A stretch of 64,000 nt of DNA. Source: the human T2T-CHM13v2.0 reference genome, Homo sapiens. The first letter of the stretch is position 1, and every line of letters begins with the position of its first letter. Made by a program: the position numbers and the translations under genes. This document shows, in pieces, positions 51,882-64,000 of the stretch. Under the pieces are notes generated by a model. The model saw only the letters and a program-made list of their open reading frames with translations. It was not told the DNA's origin and ran no database searches. The stretch lies in the NCBI RefSeq assembly GCF_009914755.1, contig NC_060944.1. The stretch is one strand, 5' to 3'.

Positions 51882-52304
51882 TATATTAGTCCATTCTCAC
51901 ATTGCTACAAAGAAATACCTGAGACAAGGTAATTTATAAAGAAAAGAGGTTTAATTGGCTCATTTCTGCAGGCTGTACAGGAAGCATAGTGACATCTGCT
52001 TGCCTTCTGGAGAGGCCTCAGGAAACTTACAATCATGGTGGAAGGTGAACGGGGAGCAGACACGTCACATGGCCAGAGCGAAAGGAAGAGAGAGTGAAAG
52101 GGGAAGAGCTATACACTTTTAAATAATCATATCTCAAGAGCACTCAGTCACTATCACAAGAATAGCACCAAGAGGATGGTGCTAAACTATTCAAGAGAAA
52201 TCTACCCCCATGATTCAATCACCTCCCACCAGGCCCTCATTTCAACATTGGGGATTATAATTCAATGTGAGATTTGGGTGGGGACACAGATCCAAACCAT
52301 ATCA
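51882..52304 (-). mobile_element. MSTA LTR
   Basis: tattagtccattctcac…gggacacagatccaaaccatatca. Confidence 0.85.
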
Positions 52305-52913
52305 GTAAGATAAGTAATAATAGCCAAGCAAATAATTCTCTTGTCTTAACAGATACATCCCACAAACTTTGGAATGTAGTATTCTCATTTCTCATTATTT
52401 TTTAATTGCAAGTATTTTAAGATTTTCAGTATAATTCCTTTTTAGACAATGGATTATTCAGAAATGTGTTTTTGAATTTGCAAAACATTTTAGTTTTCCT
52501 TTTCTCTACATTTCTACTTAATTATATAATGGCTAGAGAATATTACCTATATGATATATGCGAAACTTAATGGAACTTGCTTTAGGTCCTGGGACGTGGC
52601 CAATTTATGTAAATGTTCCACATGTACTTGAGATAAATCTGTATTTAACAGGATTCTATATATGTCTATTAGACCAAGCTTGTTAATTGAATATACTCTA
52701 TACACTTTTTTTTTCCTGCATAGTTTACTGATTACTGACAGAGTGCATTTAAATCTTCATTTCTCTTTGTTTTTATTCCATGCTTTTGGCTTTACATAAT
52801 CTAGTGCTCTGTTTTTCAGATGCATGTAAGTTTAGACTTACATCACTTTCTGATTAGGTAAATGATTTATCATTATCTCTTATCTTTGATAACTCATAAT
52901 TTGAAAACTTATA

Positions 52914-55900
52914 CTAAATAGAATTAAAAACGAAAACTATATGATCATCTCAATAGATACAGAACAAGCATTAGATAAAATCCAACATCCCTTTATGATA
53001 AAAATCCTTAACAAACTAGGAATTGAAGTAACATACCTCAGAATAATAAGAGCCATCTGTGACAAGCCCACAGCCAATATTATACTGAACAGGCAAAAGC
53101 TGGAAGCATTTCCCCTAAGAACAGAAACAAGATAAGGATGTCCATTCTCACTGCTTCTATTCAGCACAGTACTGGAAGTCCTAACCAGAGCGACCAGATA
53201 AGAGATAGAAATAAAAGGCATCCAAATAGGAGAAGCAGAAGTCAAATTATGTCTCTTACCTGATGATATAATTCTATACCTAGAATACTCTAAAGATTCT
53301 GCCAAAAGACTCCTAGACCTGATAAACAACTTCAGGAAAGTATCAGGATACAAAATCAACATACAAAAATCAGTAGCATTTCTATACACCAATAATGCTC
53401 ACGCTAAGAACCAAATCAAGGGCTCAGTCCCATTTAGGATAACCACTAAAAGAATAAAATTTCTAGGAATGCATCTAGCCAAGGAGGTAAAAATTTCTAC
53501 AAGGATAACTATAAAACATTGCTGAAGGAAATCACAGATGATAGAAACAAATGGAAAAACATTTCATGCTTATGGATTGGAAGATTGACATTGTTAAAAT
53601 GGCCATATTGCCTAAAGCAATTCTACATATTTAATGTTATTTTAATCAAATTACCAATATTATTTTTCACAGAATTTGGAAAAACTATTCTAAAATTCAT
53701 ATGGAACCAAAAAAGAGCCCAAATAGCCAAAGCAATCCTTAGCAAAAAGAATAAAGCTGGAAGCATCACCTCGGCTGACTTCAAACTATACTATAAGGCT
53801 ACAGTAACCAAAACAGAATGGTACTGGTACAAAACAGACACATAGACCAATGGAACAGAAGAGAGAACCCAGAAATAAAGCTACAGACCTACAACCAACT
53901 GACCTTTGACAAAGTTGACAAAATTAAAAAATAGGGAAAAGAGGACTCCCTATTCAATAAATGGTGCTGAGATAGCTGGCTGGCCATATGCAGAAGAATG
54001 AAACTGGATCCCTACCTCTTACCGGATATAAAAATGAACTCAAGATGGATTAAAGACTTACATGTAAGACTTAAAACTATAAAAATCCTAGACAAAAGCC
54101 TTCGAAATACTCTTCTAGACATTGGCCTAGGCAAAGAATTTATGACCAAGTCTTCACGAGCAATCACAACAAAAACAAAAATTGATCCCTCCGCAGCCGC
54201 TGCCGGAGCGGAAGGGCGGGGTCTTGTGCCTCCCCCACCCCCAACCCAATGGGTGAGGAGCGAGGAAGGCAGCGCGGCGTGGGGGCGGAGCCCGCGGGTG
54301 CGCATCCTGAGGCCTAGGCTACGTGGTCACGTCAGCGCGGGAGAGAGAGAGAGAGGAGCTGACTCAGCAGGGACTGGGGTACTGGGTCGAGAGTGCGAGC
54401 AAGCGAGCCAGAAGGGGAAAGGCGGCTGCTCGTGCCTGAGCTACCGCAGAGGGGAGTGGGAACAGTGGGGTAAAGGGGGGGGGGGCGGGAATAAGAAAGG
54501 CCGAGAGAAGGCAGACAGAGGGTGGTGGTGGTGGGGGTGGTGGTGGGGGTGGTGGGGGTGGTGGTAGGGGGAGAGGGAGAGGGAGGAGCTGGAGGAGGTT
54601 AGAAGGAGGAGCTGGAGGAGGCTAGAAGGAGGAGCTGGAGGAGGTTAGGGGCTGAGGGAGTGAGTGAGTGAAGCGGACGCGAGGGAGGGGAGGGAAGGGA
54701 AAGGAAAGGGGGGGATCACGCAGGGGCGCGCGCAAGCACCGGGAGCGCGCTCGGAGACGAGTGGAACTGGATCGGGTTTGCTGTCAGCGGCGTGAGCTTC
54801 GGCCGCCATTTTACAACAGCTCCACTCGCGCCAGACACAGGGAGCAGCGAGCACGCCTTTCTTGCAACCTGGTACCATCGGACAGGATTCCTCCCCCTCA
54901 GTCCAACGGGGAGATCTTTGGAAACATGGCTACAGAACATGTTAATGGAAATGATACTGAAGAGCCCATGGATACTACTTCTGCAGTTATCCATTCAGAA
55001 CATTTTCAGACATTGCTTGATGCTGGTTTATCACAGAAAGTTGCTGAAAAACTAGATGAAATTTACGTTGCAGGGCTAGTTGCACATAGTCATTTAGATG
55101 AAAGAGCTATTGAAGCTTTAAAAGAATTCAATGAAGACGGTGCATTGGCAGTTCTTCAACAGTTAAAGACAGTGATCTCTCTCGTGTTCAGAACAAAAGT
55201 GCCTTTTTATGTGGAGTCATGAAACCTTATAGGCAGAGAGAAAAACAAGGGACCAAAGTAGCAGATTCTAGTAAAGGACCAGATGAGGCAAAAATTAAGG
55301 CACTCTTGGAAAGAGCAGGCTACACACTTGATGTGACCACTGGACAGAGGAAATATGGAGGACCACCTCCAGATTCCGTTTATTCAGGTCAGCAGCCTTC
55401 TGTTGGCACTGAGATATTTGTGGGAAAGATCCCAAGAGATCTATTTGAGGATGAACTTGTTCCATTATTTGAGAAAGCTGGTCCTATATGGGATCTTCGT
55501 CTAATGATGGATCCACTCACTGGTCTCAATAGAGGTTATGTGTTTGTCACTTTTTGTACAAAAGCAGCTCGGGAGGCTGTTAAAACTGTATAATAATCAT
55601 GAAATTCGTTCTGGAAAACACATTGGTGTCTGCATCTCAGTTGCCAACAATAGGCTTTTTGTGGGCTCTATTCCTAAGAGTTAAAACCAAGGAACAGATT
55701 CTTGAAGAATTTAGCAAAAGTAACAGAGGGTCTTACAGACGTCATTTTATACCACCAACCGGATGACAAGAAAAAAAACAGGCTTTTGCTTTCTTGAATA
55801 TGAAGATCACAAAACAGCTGCCCAGGCAAGGCGTAGGTTAATGAGTGGTAAAGTCAAGGTCTGGGGGAATGTTGGAACTGTTGAATGGGCTGATCCTATG

Positions 55901-57925
55901 GAAGATCCTGATCCTGAGGTTATGGCAAAGGTAAAAGTGCTGTTTGTACGCAACCTTGCCAATACTGTAACGGAAGAGATTTTAGAAAAGGCATTTAGTC
56001 AGTTTGGGAAACTGGAATGAGTGAAGAAGTTAAAAGATTATCCATTCATTCATTTTGGTGAGTGAGATGGTGCTGTCAAGGCTATGGAAGAAATGAATGG
56101 TAAAGACTTGGAGGGAGAAAATATTGAAATTGTTTTTGCCAAGCCACCAAATCAGAAAAGGAAAGAAAAAAGCTCAGAGGCAAGCAGCAAAAAATCAAAT
56201 GTATGACGATTACTACTATTATGGTCCACCTTATATGCCCCCTGCAACAAGAGATGGAGGGCGAGGAGGTAGAGGTGGTTATGGATATCCTCCAGATTAT
56301 TATGGATATGAAGATTATTATGATTATTATGGTTATGATTACCATAACTATCGTGGTGGATATGAAGATCCATACTATGGTTATGAAGATTTTCAAGTTG
56401 GAGCTAGAGAAGGGGTGGTAGAGGAGCAAGGGGTGCTGCTCCATCCAGAGGTCGTGGGGCTGCTCTTCCCCGTGGTAGAGCCGGTTATTCACAGAGAGGA
56501 GGACCTGGATCAGCAAGAGGCGTTCGAGGTGCGAGAGGAGGTGCCCAACAACAAAGAGGCCGCGGGCAGGGAAAAGGGGTCGAGGCTGGTCCTGACCTGT
56601 TACAATGAAGACTGACTTGGTATGTGGGATTACACCAGAAGCTTGCAATGGAGTAATGGTAAGGAAATCAAGCAACCTTAAATATCTCGGCTGTATAGGA
56701 GCATATTCTATTGCAGAAGACCTTCCTGTGAAGATCATGGAATCAAATACGGGACATTAAACTAATACTTGGACTTTGATATGAATTTCTTTAACAATTT
56801 TCTCTGCAGTGCAAGTTATTAAACTAAAGCTACTCTATTTTCAAAATGTGTTCCAACAGAAATCCTTCATAACTCCTAGCATGGTATCTTAATAAAGAAT
56901 AAAGTTCTTTAAAAAAAAATTGGTAAGTGGGACCAAATTAAGAGCTTCTGCACAGCAAAAGAAATTATCAACAGAATAAGCAGAAAACCTGCAGAATGGC
57001 AGAAAAATTTGCAAACTATGCATCTGACAAAAGACTATTACCCAGAATTTATAAGTAACTTAAATAAAGCAACAAGAAAAAAAAACTGCATTAGAAAGTA
57101 GGCAAAAGACATGAAGAGACACTTCTCAAAAGAAGATATATAAGCAGCCAATTAACATAAAAATTCAACCTCACTAATCATCAGAGAAATGCAAATCAAA
57201 ACCACAATGAGATAACCATCTCACACTAGTTAGAATGGCTGTTATTAAAAAGTCACAAAATAACAGATGTTGGTGAGGTTGCAGAGAAAAAGGACCACTC
57301 ATACACTGTTGGTGGGATTGTAAATTAGTTCAGCCTCTGTGGAAAGCAGTTTGGGGATTTCTCAAAGAGCTAAAAATAGAATTACAATTTGACCCAGCAA
57401 ACCCATTACTTGGGTATATACTCAAAGGAAAATATATTATTCTACCAAAAAGTCACTTGAACTTGCATGTTTATTGCAGCACTATTCACCATAGCAGAGA
57501 CATGGAATTAACCTAGGTGCCCATCAATGATTGATTGGAAAAACAAAATGTAGTACATATATACCATATAATACTATGTAGCCATAAAAAAAAAAACCAA
57601 ATCACGTCTTTCGCAGCAACATGGATGCAGCTGGAAGCCATTGTGCTGTACAAATACAGAAACGGAGAGCCAAATAATATATGTTCTCACTTATAAGTGG
57701 GAGCTAAACATTGGATACTCATGAACATAAAAATGGGAATAATAGACACTTGTGACTTTAAAAGGAGAGGAAGAGAAGAGGGAGGCAGGGTTTGAAAAGC
57801 TACATATTGTTTACTATGTTCATTGTCTGGACGATGGGTTTGACTGAAGCCCAAACTTCAGCATCATGCAATATATCCATATAACAAACCTGCACTTATA
57901 CCCCCTGAATTTAAAAAAAAAAAAG
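52914..57925 (+). mobile_element. L1PA16/L1PB-like 5'-truncated LINE-1, split by the SYNCRIP retrocopy
   Basis: Decayed ORF2 translations at 52941-54185; ORF2 resumes at ~56925 (aagtgggacc…); 3'UTR and poly(A) at ~57913. Confidence 0.85.
54187..56914 (+). pseudogene. SYNCRIP: SYNCRIP (hnRNP Q1 isoform) processed pseudogene; CDS remnant 54926-56608
   Basis: MATEHVNGNDTEEPMDT…, three RRMs, Y/RGG region, C-terminus QGKGVEAGPDLLQ*; frameshifts and stops; AATAAA at 56891 and 56898 followed by A tail; TSD aaaaattg(a/g)t at 54177-54186 and 56915-56924. The symbol is that of the parent gene. Confidence 0.95.
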
Positions 57926-59029
57926 TGCCTTTAAAAAAAGCAAAGCTGGTGCCATCTGATGTTAATATTGTTATACCAGCTTTCTTTTGATTCAAAGTTA
58001 CTTGGAATGAGCTGTTTATGTCACTGAACTCAATATTTCTGTTTCCTTTTATCTGACATATATCTTTGGTTAACAGCAGATAGATGGATCTGACCTAAGA
58101 AGTCTTCTCTTTAAACTGGCTAATTTAGTCCAATAACATAATTATGGCAACTGATATACTTAATTTATTTCAAGTATATTTTGTATGTCTCTAATTTTGT
58201 ATTTTAAATTTGAACTCAATTTTCTATGTTGCTTTGTTTTTGCTTTCTTGCCCTCTATTTGATTAGTAAGCTTTGTTACGTTTTCTGTCTACCCTTTGAA
58301 AGTTTTATACTCTTTTTCTTTAATGGTTATTATTCAAATACTAATATGCATGTCTAAAGTTAATATTTCTATCCTCCTCCATGGAATTCAAGATCTTAGA
58401 ACACTTTAATCATACGACCATTGTAAATTTTATTGTTTTCCAGTACTTTATTCTAATCCTTAGTTTAAGCACTATTATGGTTATTTTATGTACTTCTTAT
58501 TTGTAGAGGTTATATATTTACAATTTGTTTGCTCACCATTCATTCCTACATCATGGACTTCTATTTATGGATCATTTTCCTGTTTTCCTGGAGTACATTC
58601 CTTTAGTAAATGCATATAAGCTGTAATTTATGTCAGTTTTGGTTTTCTGAAAAGTCTTAATTTTACCCTCAGTTTTGATTAGCCATGTATAGGACAGGTT
58701 GACAATTTTTTTCTCTTAGTATTTGATGATATTACACTAATGTCTTCTAATCTGCATAGTTGTTGTTGAGATGTCAATTTGTGTTAAACTGTTGTGCCTA
58801 CGTAGATAACTAAAAAAAAAAAAAAAGAATCTGACTCTTAAATTCCTCAGTGTTCTCAGAACACCAGGAAGTGTGCCATTTGCCAGATGAAGATGGAGGA
58901 GGAAGAGCTGTAGTTTGAACAAAAAAGAAAATATAAGAAATAGTCATCTGGCCAAGTGAGCCTGTGAATGAGTAAGAGAATTGTATGATCCCTGGCACAC
59001 AAATGATCCACTTAAAAAGAGATCAGTCA

Positions 59030-59340
<311 letters not shown>

Positions 59341-59445
59341 TCAGCATGGTTGCGTATCTTTTGCTCTCCATGTTGAGCAGCCCAAGTATAGGTTTACAGA
59401 AAGTAAAAAATTAGATTTAACAAGGGATGAGGTTCTGCTGTTCTG

Positions 59446-59870
59446 TGAAAGGGCTGTACAGTCAAAGTGATCTACAAATGCTGAAGGTGCCAAGAAACCA
59501 TAGAACAAGGCAGACAAGTCCAGTTTATCAGTAAAAGTTGATTTATTGGGGGAACTCACAGACAGAAGCATGGTCTTGGGCCACTGCAACACAGGTAGAT
59601 CTCCACATCTGTTACTCCCAGACCTAAGACTTATGTACTATGAGAAAAAGGTGTACATGCTCTAGCAAGGCAATTAAAGGTAACCCCTAGAACAGACAAG
59701 AATACTGTGTGCGTCATAGTCTATAATTTGTGTGCTAACATCAAGATGACATGTTCTTATACTAAGGACAGTAAATAAAGTGGGAATCAGGAGACATTCA
59801 CAGGACTGGGGCTAATCAGAAGTCAACGTGGTGGATTAGCACCCATGATGGAACCAATTTTGTCTCCACA
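59446..59870 (-). mobile_element. ERV solo LTR (subfamily not determined)
   Basis: TG…CA termini; 4-bp TSD tctg at 59442-59445 and 59871-59874; minus-strand AATAAA. Confidence 0.7.
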
Positions 59871-60094
59871 TCTGCTAAATAAATTTATTAATAAGAAAAG
59901 GAGGGGGAGCAAGTGGAACAAAGGACTTGAGGGTGGAAGGTGGTGAAAAAGAGAAGAAAAAAGTGCAAAGGTGGTGAAAATGTTGGAAAATCAACAGGTT
60001 CAAGGTCTCAGCAGGTTTCATGGATTGTTCTAGTTGGGGGTACTACAGAGGTGAGCTGGAAAGATAGGAGATGGTGGATGAAAGTGGGATGCTT

Positions 60095-60198
60095 ATTAGT
60101 GGGTGCAGCGCACCAGCATGGCACATGTATACATATGTAACTAACCTGCACAATGTGCACATGTACCCTAAAACTTAGAGTATAATAAAAAAAAAAAA
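60095..60198 (+). mobile_element. L1HS (Ta-like) extreme 3' fragment
   Basis: attagtgggtgcagcgcacc…aaacttaGagtataat plus poly(A). G at 60178 and A before ttagt match the recalled Ta diagnostics. Confidence 0.75.
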
Positions 60199-60543
60199 GG
60201 TTAATTGAAAACTAGATGTTTTTCTATCTCTATGCTAATACAGATGTTTTAAATTATTCCAGTTGTTTAATAACTCTTAGAAACTTTAATGATAAGTCCC
60301 TTTCTTTTTCTTCAAATTGTCTAGGCTACTCTTGTCTTTTGATCCTCCTGAAGAAATTTTACATTCATCTTGCCAAATACCTTGAAAAACACTGTTAGAA
60401 GAGCTTACAGAGGGCTGGCATGCACATGGCAACTTTGTGCAGGCTGTAAGAGGCTTCTGGCCACTTGTTGGTCAGCCAGATATCCAACTTTGGTCACAAG
60501 TGATGCCACAGTGTCTCAAGGAGATGTACTATCACAAATACTG

Positions 60544-60675
60544 GGTTTGTGCTCTGCACTAACATATGATACAAATATTGATGAAAATAATACTGTTGCC
60601 TTCCTGAACAGGAAATTAATTTTATCACTGGATACAGACACTTATGAAGAAAGTGGACTTCAAGGTTGTCCATTT
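60544..60675 (+). pseudogene. RPP40: RPP40 (RNase P/MRP p40) coding fragment
   Basis: GLCSALTYDTNIDENNTVAFLNRKLILSLDTDTYEESGLQGCP versus recalled RPP40 GSCYALTYNTHIDEDNTVALLPNGKLILSLDKDTYEETGLQGHP. The symbol is that of the parent gene. Confidence 0.8.
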
Positions 60676-60834
60676 AAAGAAGAGCTGACACCAATGTTTA
60701 CAGTTGTTGACAAGCTTGTAGGACTCATACAGGACTGTTCACAAGGCCAACCAGAGAGAGACCCTGCAGAAGACCCTGGGCCAGAACTGGGAGGAACATG
60801 TCTCTTTAGTGACTTGGATGGAAGCCAGAATTAT

Positions 60835-60873
60835 GTATATATATAGAGAGAGTGACAGGGAGGGAGGGAAGGG

Positions 60874-60960
<87 letters not shown>
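60835..60960. repeat. Compound (TA)/(GA)/(GT)/(GA) microsatellite
   Basis: Directly visible. Confidence 0.95.
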
Positions 60961-60989
60961 GTTCTGAGAGAGGCCAACATAGAAATGGC

Positions 60990-61470
60990 CCTGGATATCA
61001 GGTAGCATGGACCCTTTGTTTTGAGAGGCCCCAGCTAAATTGGGGCTCCAGTATCAGAGTGGCAAGCAGCCACTGGGCATGGGTGTCCACACGTGCTTTG
61101 CGTCGGATACTTCTTTTACCTGGTGGATGGCCTAATTCCTAGTTGTCTGGACTGTGACCAAGGCGTCCTTCACGTGGGAAACTTATTTATACTGACTGAT
61201 GCCTATAGCTTTTGCTGACCTGTGTCCAGTTTATGCCTACCTAACCATTGCTCTGGCCTGGGAGCCTGCCCTTATATTCTCCTCAGCATCCCAGGGAAAA
61301 CCAGGCCTGAGTAGCCCCTAGTTCTTCAGAGGGAAGGTACAAATTCAATATAACATCACAATAGGAAATAAATTGAAAGATTTACAAGCCCTGAGCAGGG
61401 AGGGCACCTTTGGAAGCCCTTTATCATCAGGTCATATGAGGCTGGAATGAAGAGTCAGGCAGAGAGAGAG
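60990..61470. mobile_element. Probable old ERVL-type LTR fragment (MER54/MER73/MER74-like)
   Basis: Resemblance from memory only (aataggaaataaattgaaagattt; ggaatgaagagtcaggcagagagag). Confidence 0.4.
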
Positions 61471-61537
61471 ACACACACACACACACACACTGACAGACAC
61501 ACACACCAAGGGGCTACATGGAGCCTCAGCTTCCTAG

Positions 61538-61972
61538 AGACCCCTTACTGGACTCCTGGACTTGGCCTCAGTGGATGGCCAAGAAGCTGCTGGCTGTACC
61601 GGCCACCCAACATTTTTGCATTCACTGCCTGGCCACTGACAACTCTACTCCCTGGTCTCCTGGTTGAGGAGCTTTGAGGAGTTCCATGGAAAGCATCACA
61701 TTGGGCATCAAGCTGTGACACCAGCAGTGGAGCCTGGTCATGGAGAGTGTGGTTCCCTTGGACAGTGACCATTCCACCTGCACGGTGGAGAACAAGTTTT
61801 ATAGCATCCAGCAGATGTATATGCTGTACCTGATGGAGACTGCCAGCCATCCAGAGGGTGGTACTGGACAGTGAGGTAGAGTTTCATTTCAAGGTGTACT
61901 GAGACTTAGCATGTAGAGATGAAAGGCAGCAAGGTGGGCTCTGAAGGCACACGCTACCTCACAGTGCTCAAG
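61538..61972 (+). pseudogene. FGFR3P3: FGFR3 fragment (Ig-II to Ig-IIIa), intronless and disabled
   Basis: PYWT…MAKKLLAVPA…[40 protein letters not shown]…[10 protein letters not shown]…HVEMKGSKVGSEGTRYLTVLK; stop at 61716-61718. Not on the ORF track. The P3 symbol is from recalled locus context. Confidence 0.88.
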
Positions 61973-62184
61973 TAGCATGTGGCAAACTTGTGGGGTTTGG
62001 GGCAACTCCAGGAGGAAGGCATTATTTCTTGTTCTGATAAGTGGTGGTCAGGTCCAGTTTGCACTCATGAAAGTTCAGTCTTTGGGATGTGCAGTTCCAT
62101 GGGTCTGAACCAATGTGCTGTGGCTACTTCACTACTTCAGCACCTCAGGTAGCAGCTTCTTCATCCTCAAGGTCACCAGTGTTT

Positions 62185-62490
62185 CTCCTTTGTTGTCAAA
62201 CTCTCTCCACTCTGTCAGCCCCTGGAAACCACTGATTTTTTCTTAGTCCCTATGGTTTAGCCTTTTTCAGGATGGCCTATGAATTGGAACCATGCAGTGG
62301 GTAGTTTTTGGGTCTGGCTTCTTTCACTTAGCAAAATGCAGCTAAGCTTCATTTATATTACTGTAGGTTCAATGGTGTCTTCCCTTTTATCACAGTTGTT
62401 TATGGGTGTACCACCATTTCTTTATTCATTCCCTTGTTGAAGATCATCTTGGTTGCTTCCAAAGTTTAGTGATTATGAATAAAGCAGTGA
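62185..62490 (-). mobile_element. Old L1MC-like 3' fragment inside the mosaic retrocopy
   Basis: ccctggaaaccactg…ctggcttctttcacttagc…gattatgaataaagc. Confidence 0.65.
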
Positions 62491-63061
62491 ATGTGGCCTG
62501 AAAAAAAAAAGGAAGAAAAACACTGTTAGCAATTTTGTTTGGGATTATATACTAATTTGGAGGAGAACTAACTTCTTTTTGATATTGTCTTCCCATCCAA
62601 GGTAATCCGTTTAATTTAGGTCACTGTCTCCAGCTTTTGATTACATTTGTTAGTTTTCCTCATTAAGGACTTTCGTGTCTTTTATTCAACTTTTTTATTT
62701 CTAAATATTTAGATGTTTTTTGTTGCTACTGTGCTTTGTATTTTTTCCCTGATTAAATGTTCTAAGGATTTTTTTTTCTGATGTTTAAAGGGACTTTTAA
62801 TTTCTGCATATTTACCTTTGTCCAGCAACTTTGCTGAACTTAAAAGCTTTTAATAGTTTGGATATTTTCGTGTGTTTTATGTTTAGGCAATCATGTGATA
62901 CGATTTTACTTCTTATATCTTTTATTTCTTTTGTCATCTTAATTTATTATACAACTCAGAAATCTAGACCAATGTTGAATTGAAGCAATGATAGCAGAAA
63001 TCCTTTCTTTTCCCCCTATTAAAGTAATGCATCAATCTATTCCAATTAAGAATGATTTCTT

Positions 63062-64000
<939 letters not shown>

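Larger units (their letters stand above)
60399..62514 (+). pseudogene. TSD-flanked mosaic processed retrocopy (RPP40-like + LTR-like + FGFR3-like + antisense L1)
   Basis: Exact TSD gaaaaacactgttag at 60384-60398 and 62515-62529; AATAAA at 62478-62483; A-run at 62501-62510; the host L1M is colinear across the insert. Confidence 0.85.

Noticed and set aside
53998-54567. 189-aa ORF fusing L1 ORF2 to GC-rich sequence
   Set aside because: Chance read-through from decayed L1 into the stop-poor SYNCRIP 5' leader; no evidence of a gene.
54668-56615. SYNCRIP ORFs as a functional retrogene
   Set aside because: CDS is broken by several frameshifts and stops (for example near 55165, 55590 and 56020).

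Overview
Primate (very likely human) intergenic DNA dominated by transposable elements. I see no intact protein-coding gene, and almost all ORF-track entries are repeat-derived or spurious. It contains a TARDBP processed pseudogene (- strand, ~40.1-43.5 kb), a SYNCRIP/hnRNP Q1 processed pseudogene (+, 54.2-56.9 kb) and a 5'-truncated L1PA2 with a nearly intact ORF2 (30.5-34.3 kb). It also contains a full-length old L1MA with nested insertions, a twin-primed L1PA3/4, a tiny L1HS-Ta-like tail, and many Alu and LTR elements. The best finding is a 2.1-kb poly(A)-tailed insert (60399-62514) bounded by an exact 15-bp target-site duplication (TSD). It is a retrocopy of a mosaic transcript joining an RPP40-like coding fragment, an LTR-like piece, an intronless FGFR3 Ig-II/IIIa fragment and an antisense L1 that supplies the poly(A) signal. 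The TARDBP retrocopy also carries about 570 bp of non-TARDBP 5' sequence inside its TSD, and a 30-bp internal insertion copied from its own flank. From memory, the TARDBP plus FGFR3 pseudogene pairing fits human 20p12.3 (TARDBPP1/FGFR3P3); this is not verified. Repeat subfamily names and gene homologies come from recalled consensus sequences, and boundaries of old repeats are approximate.
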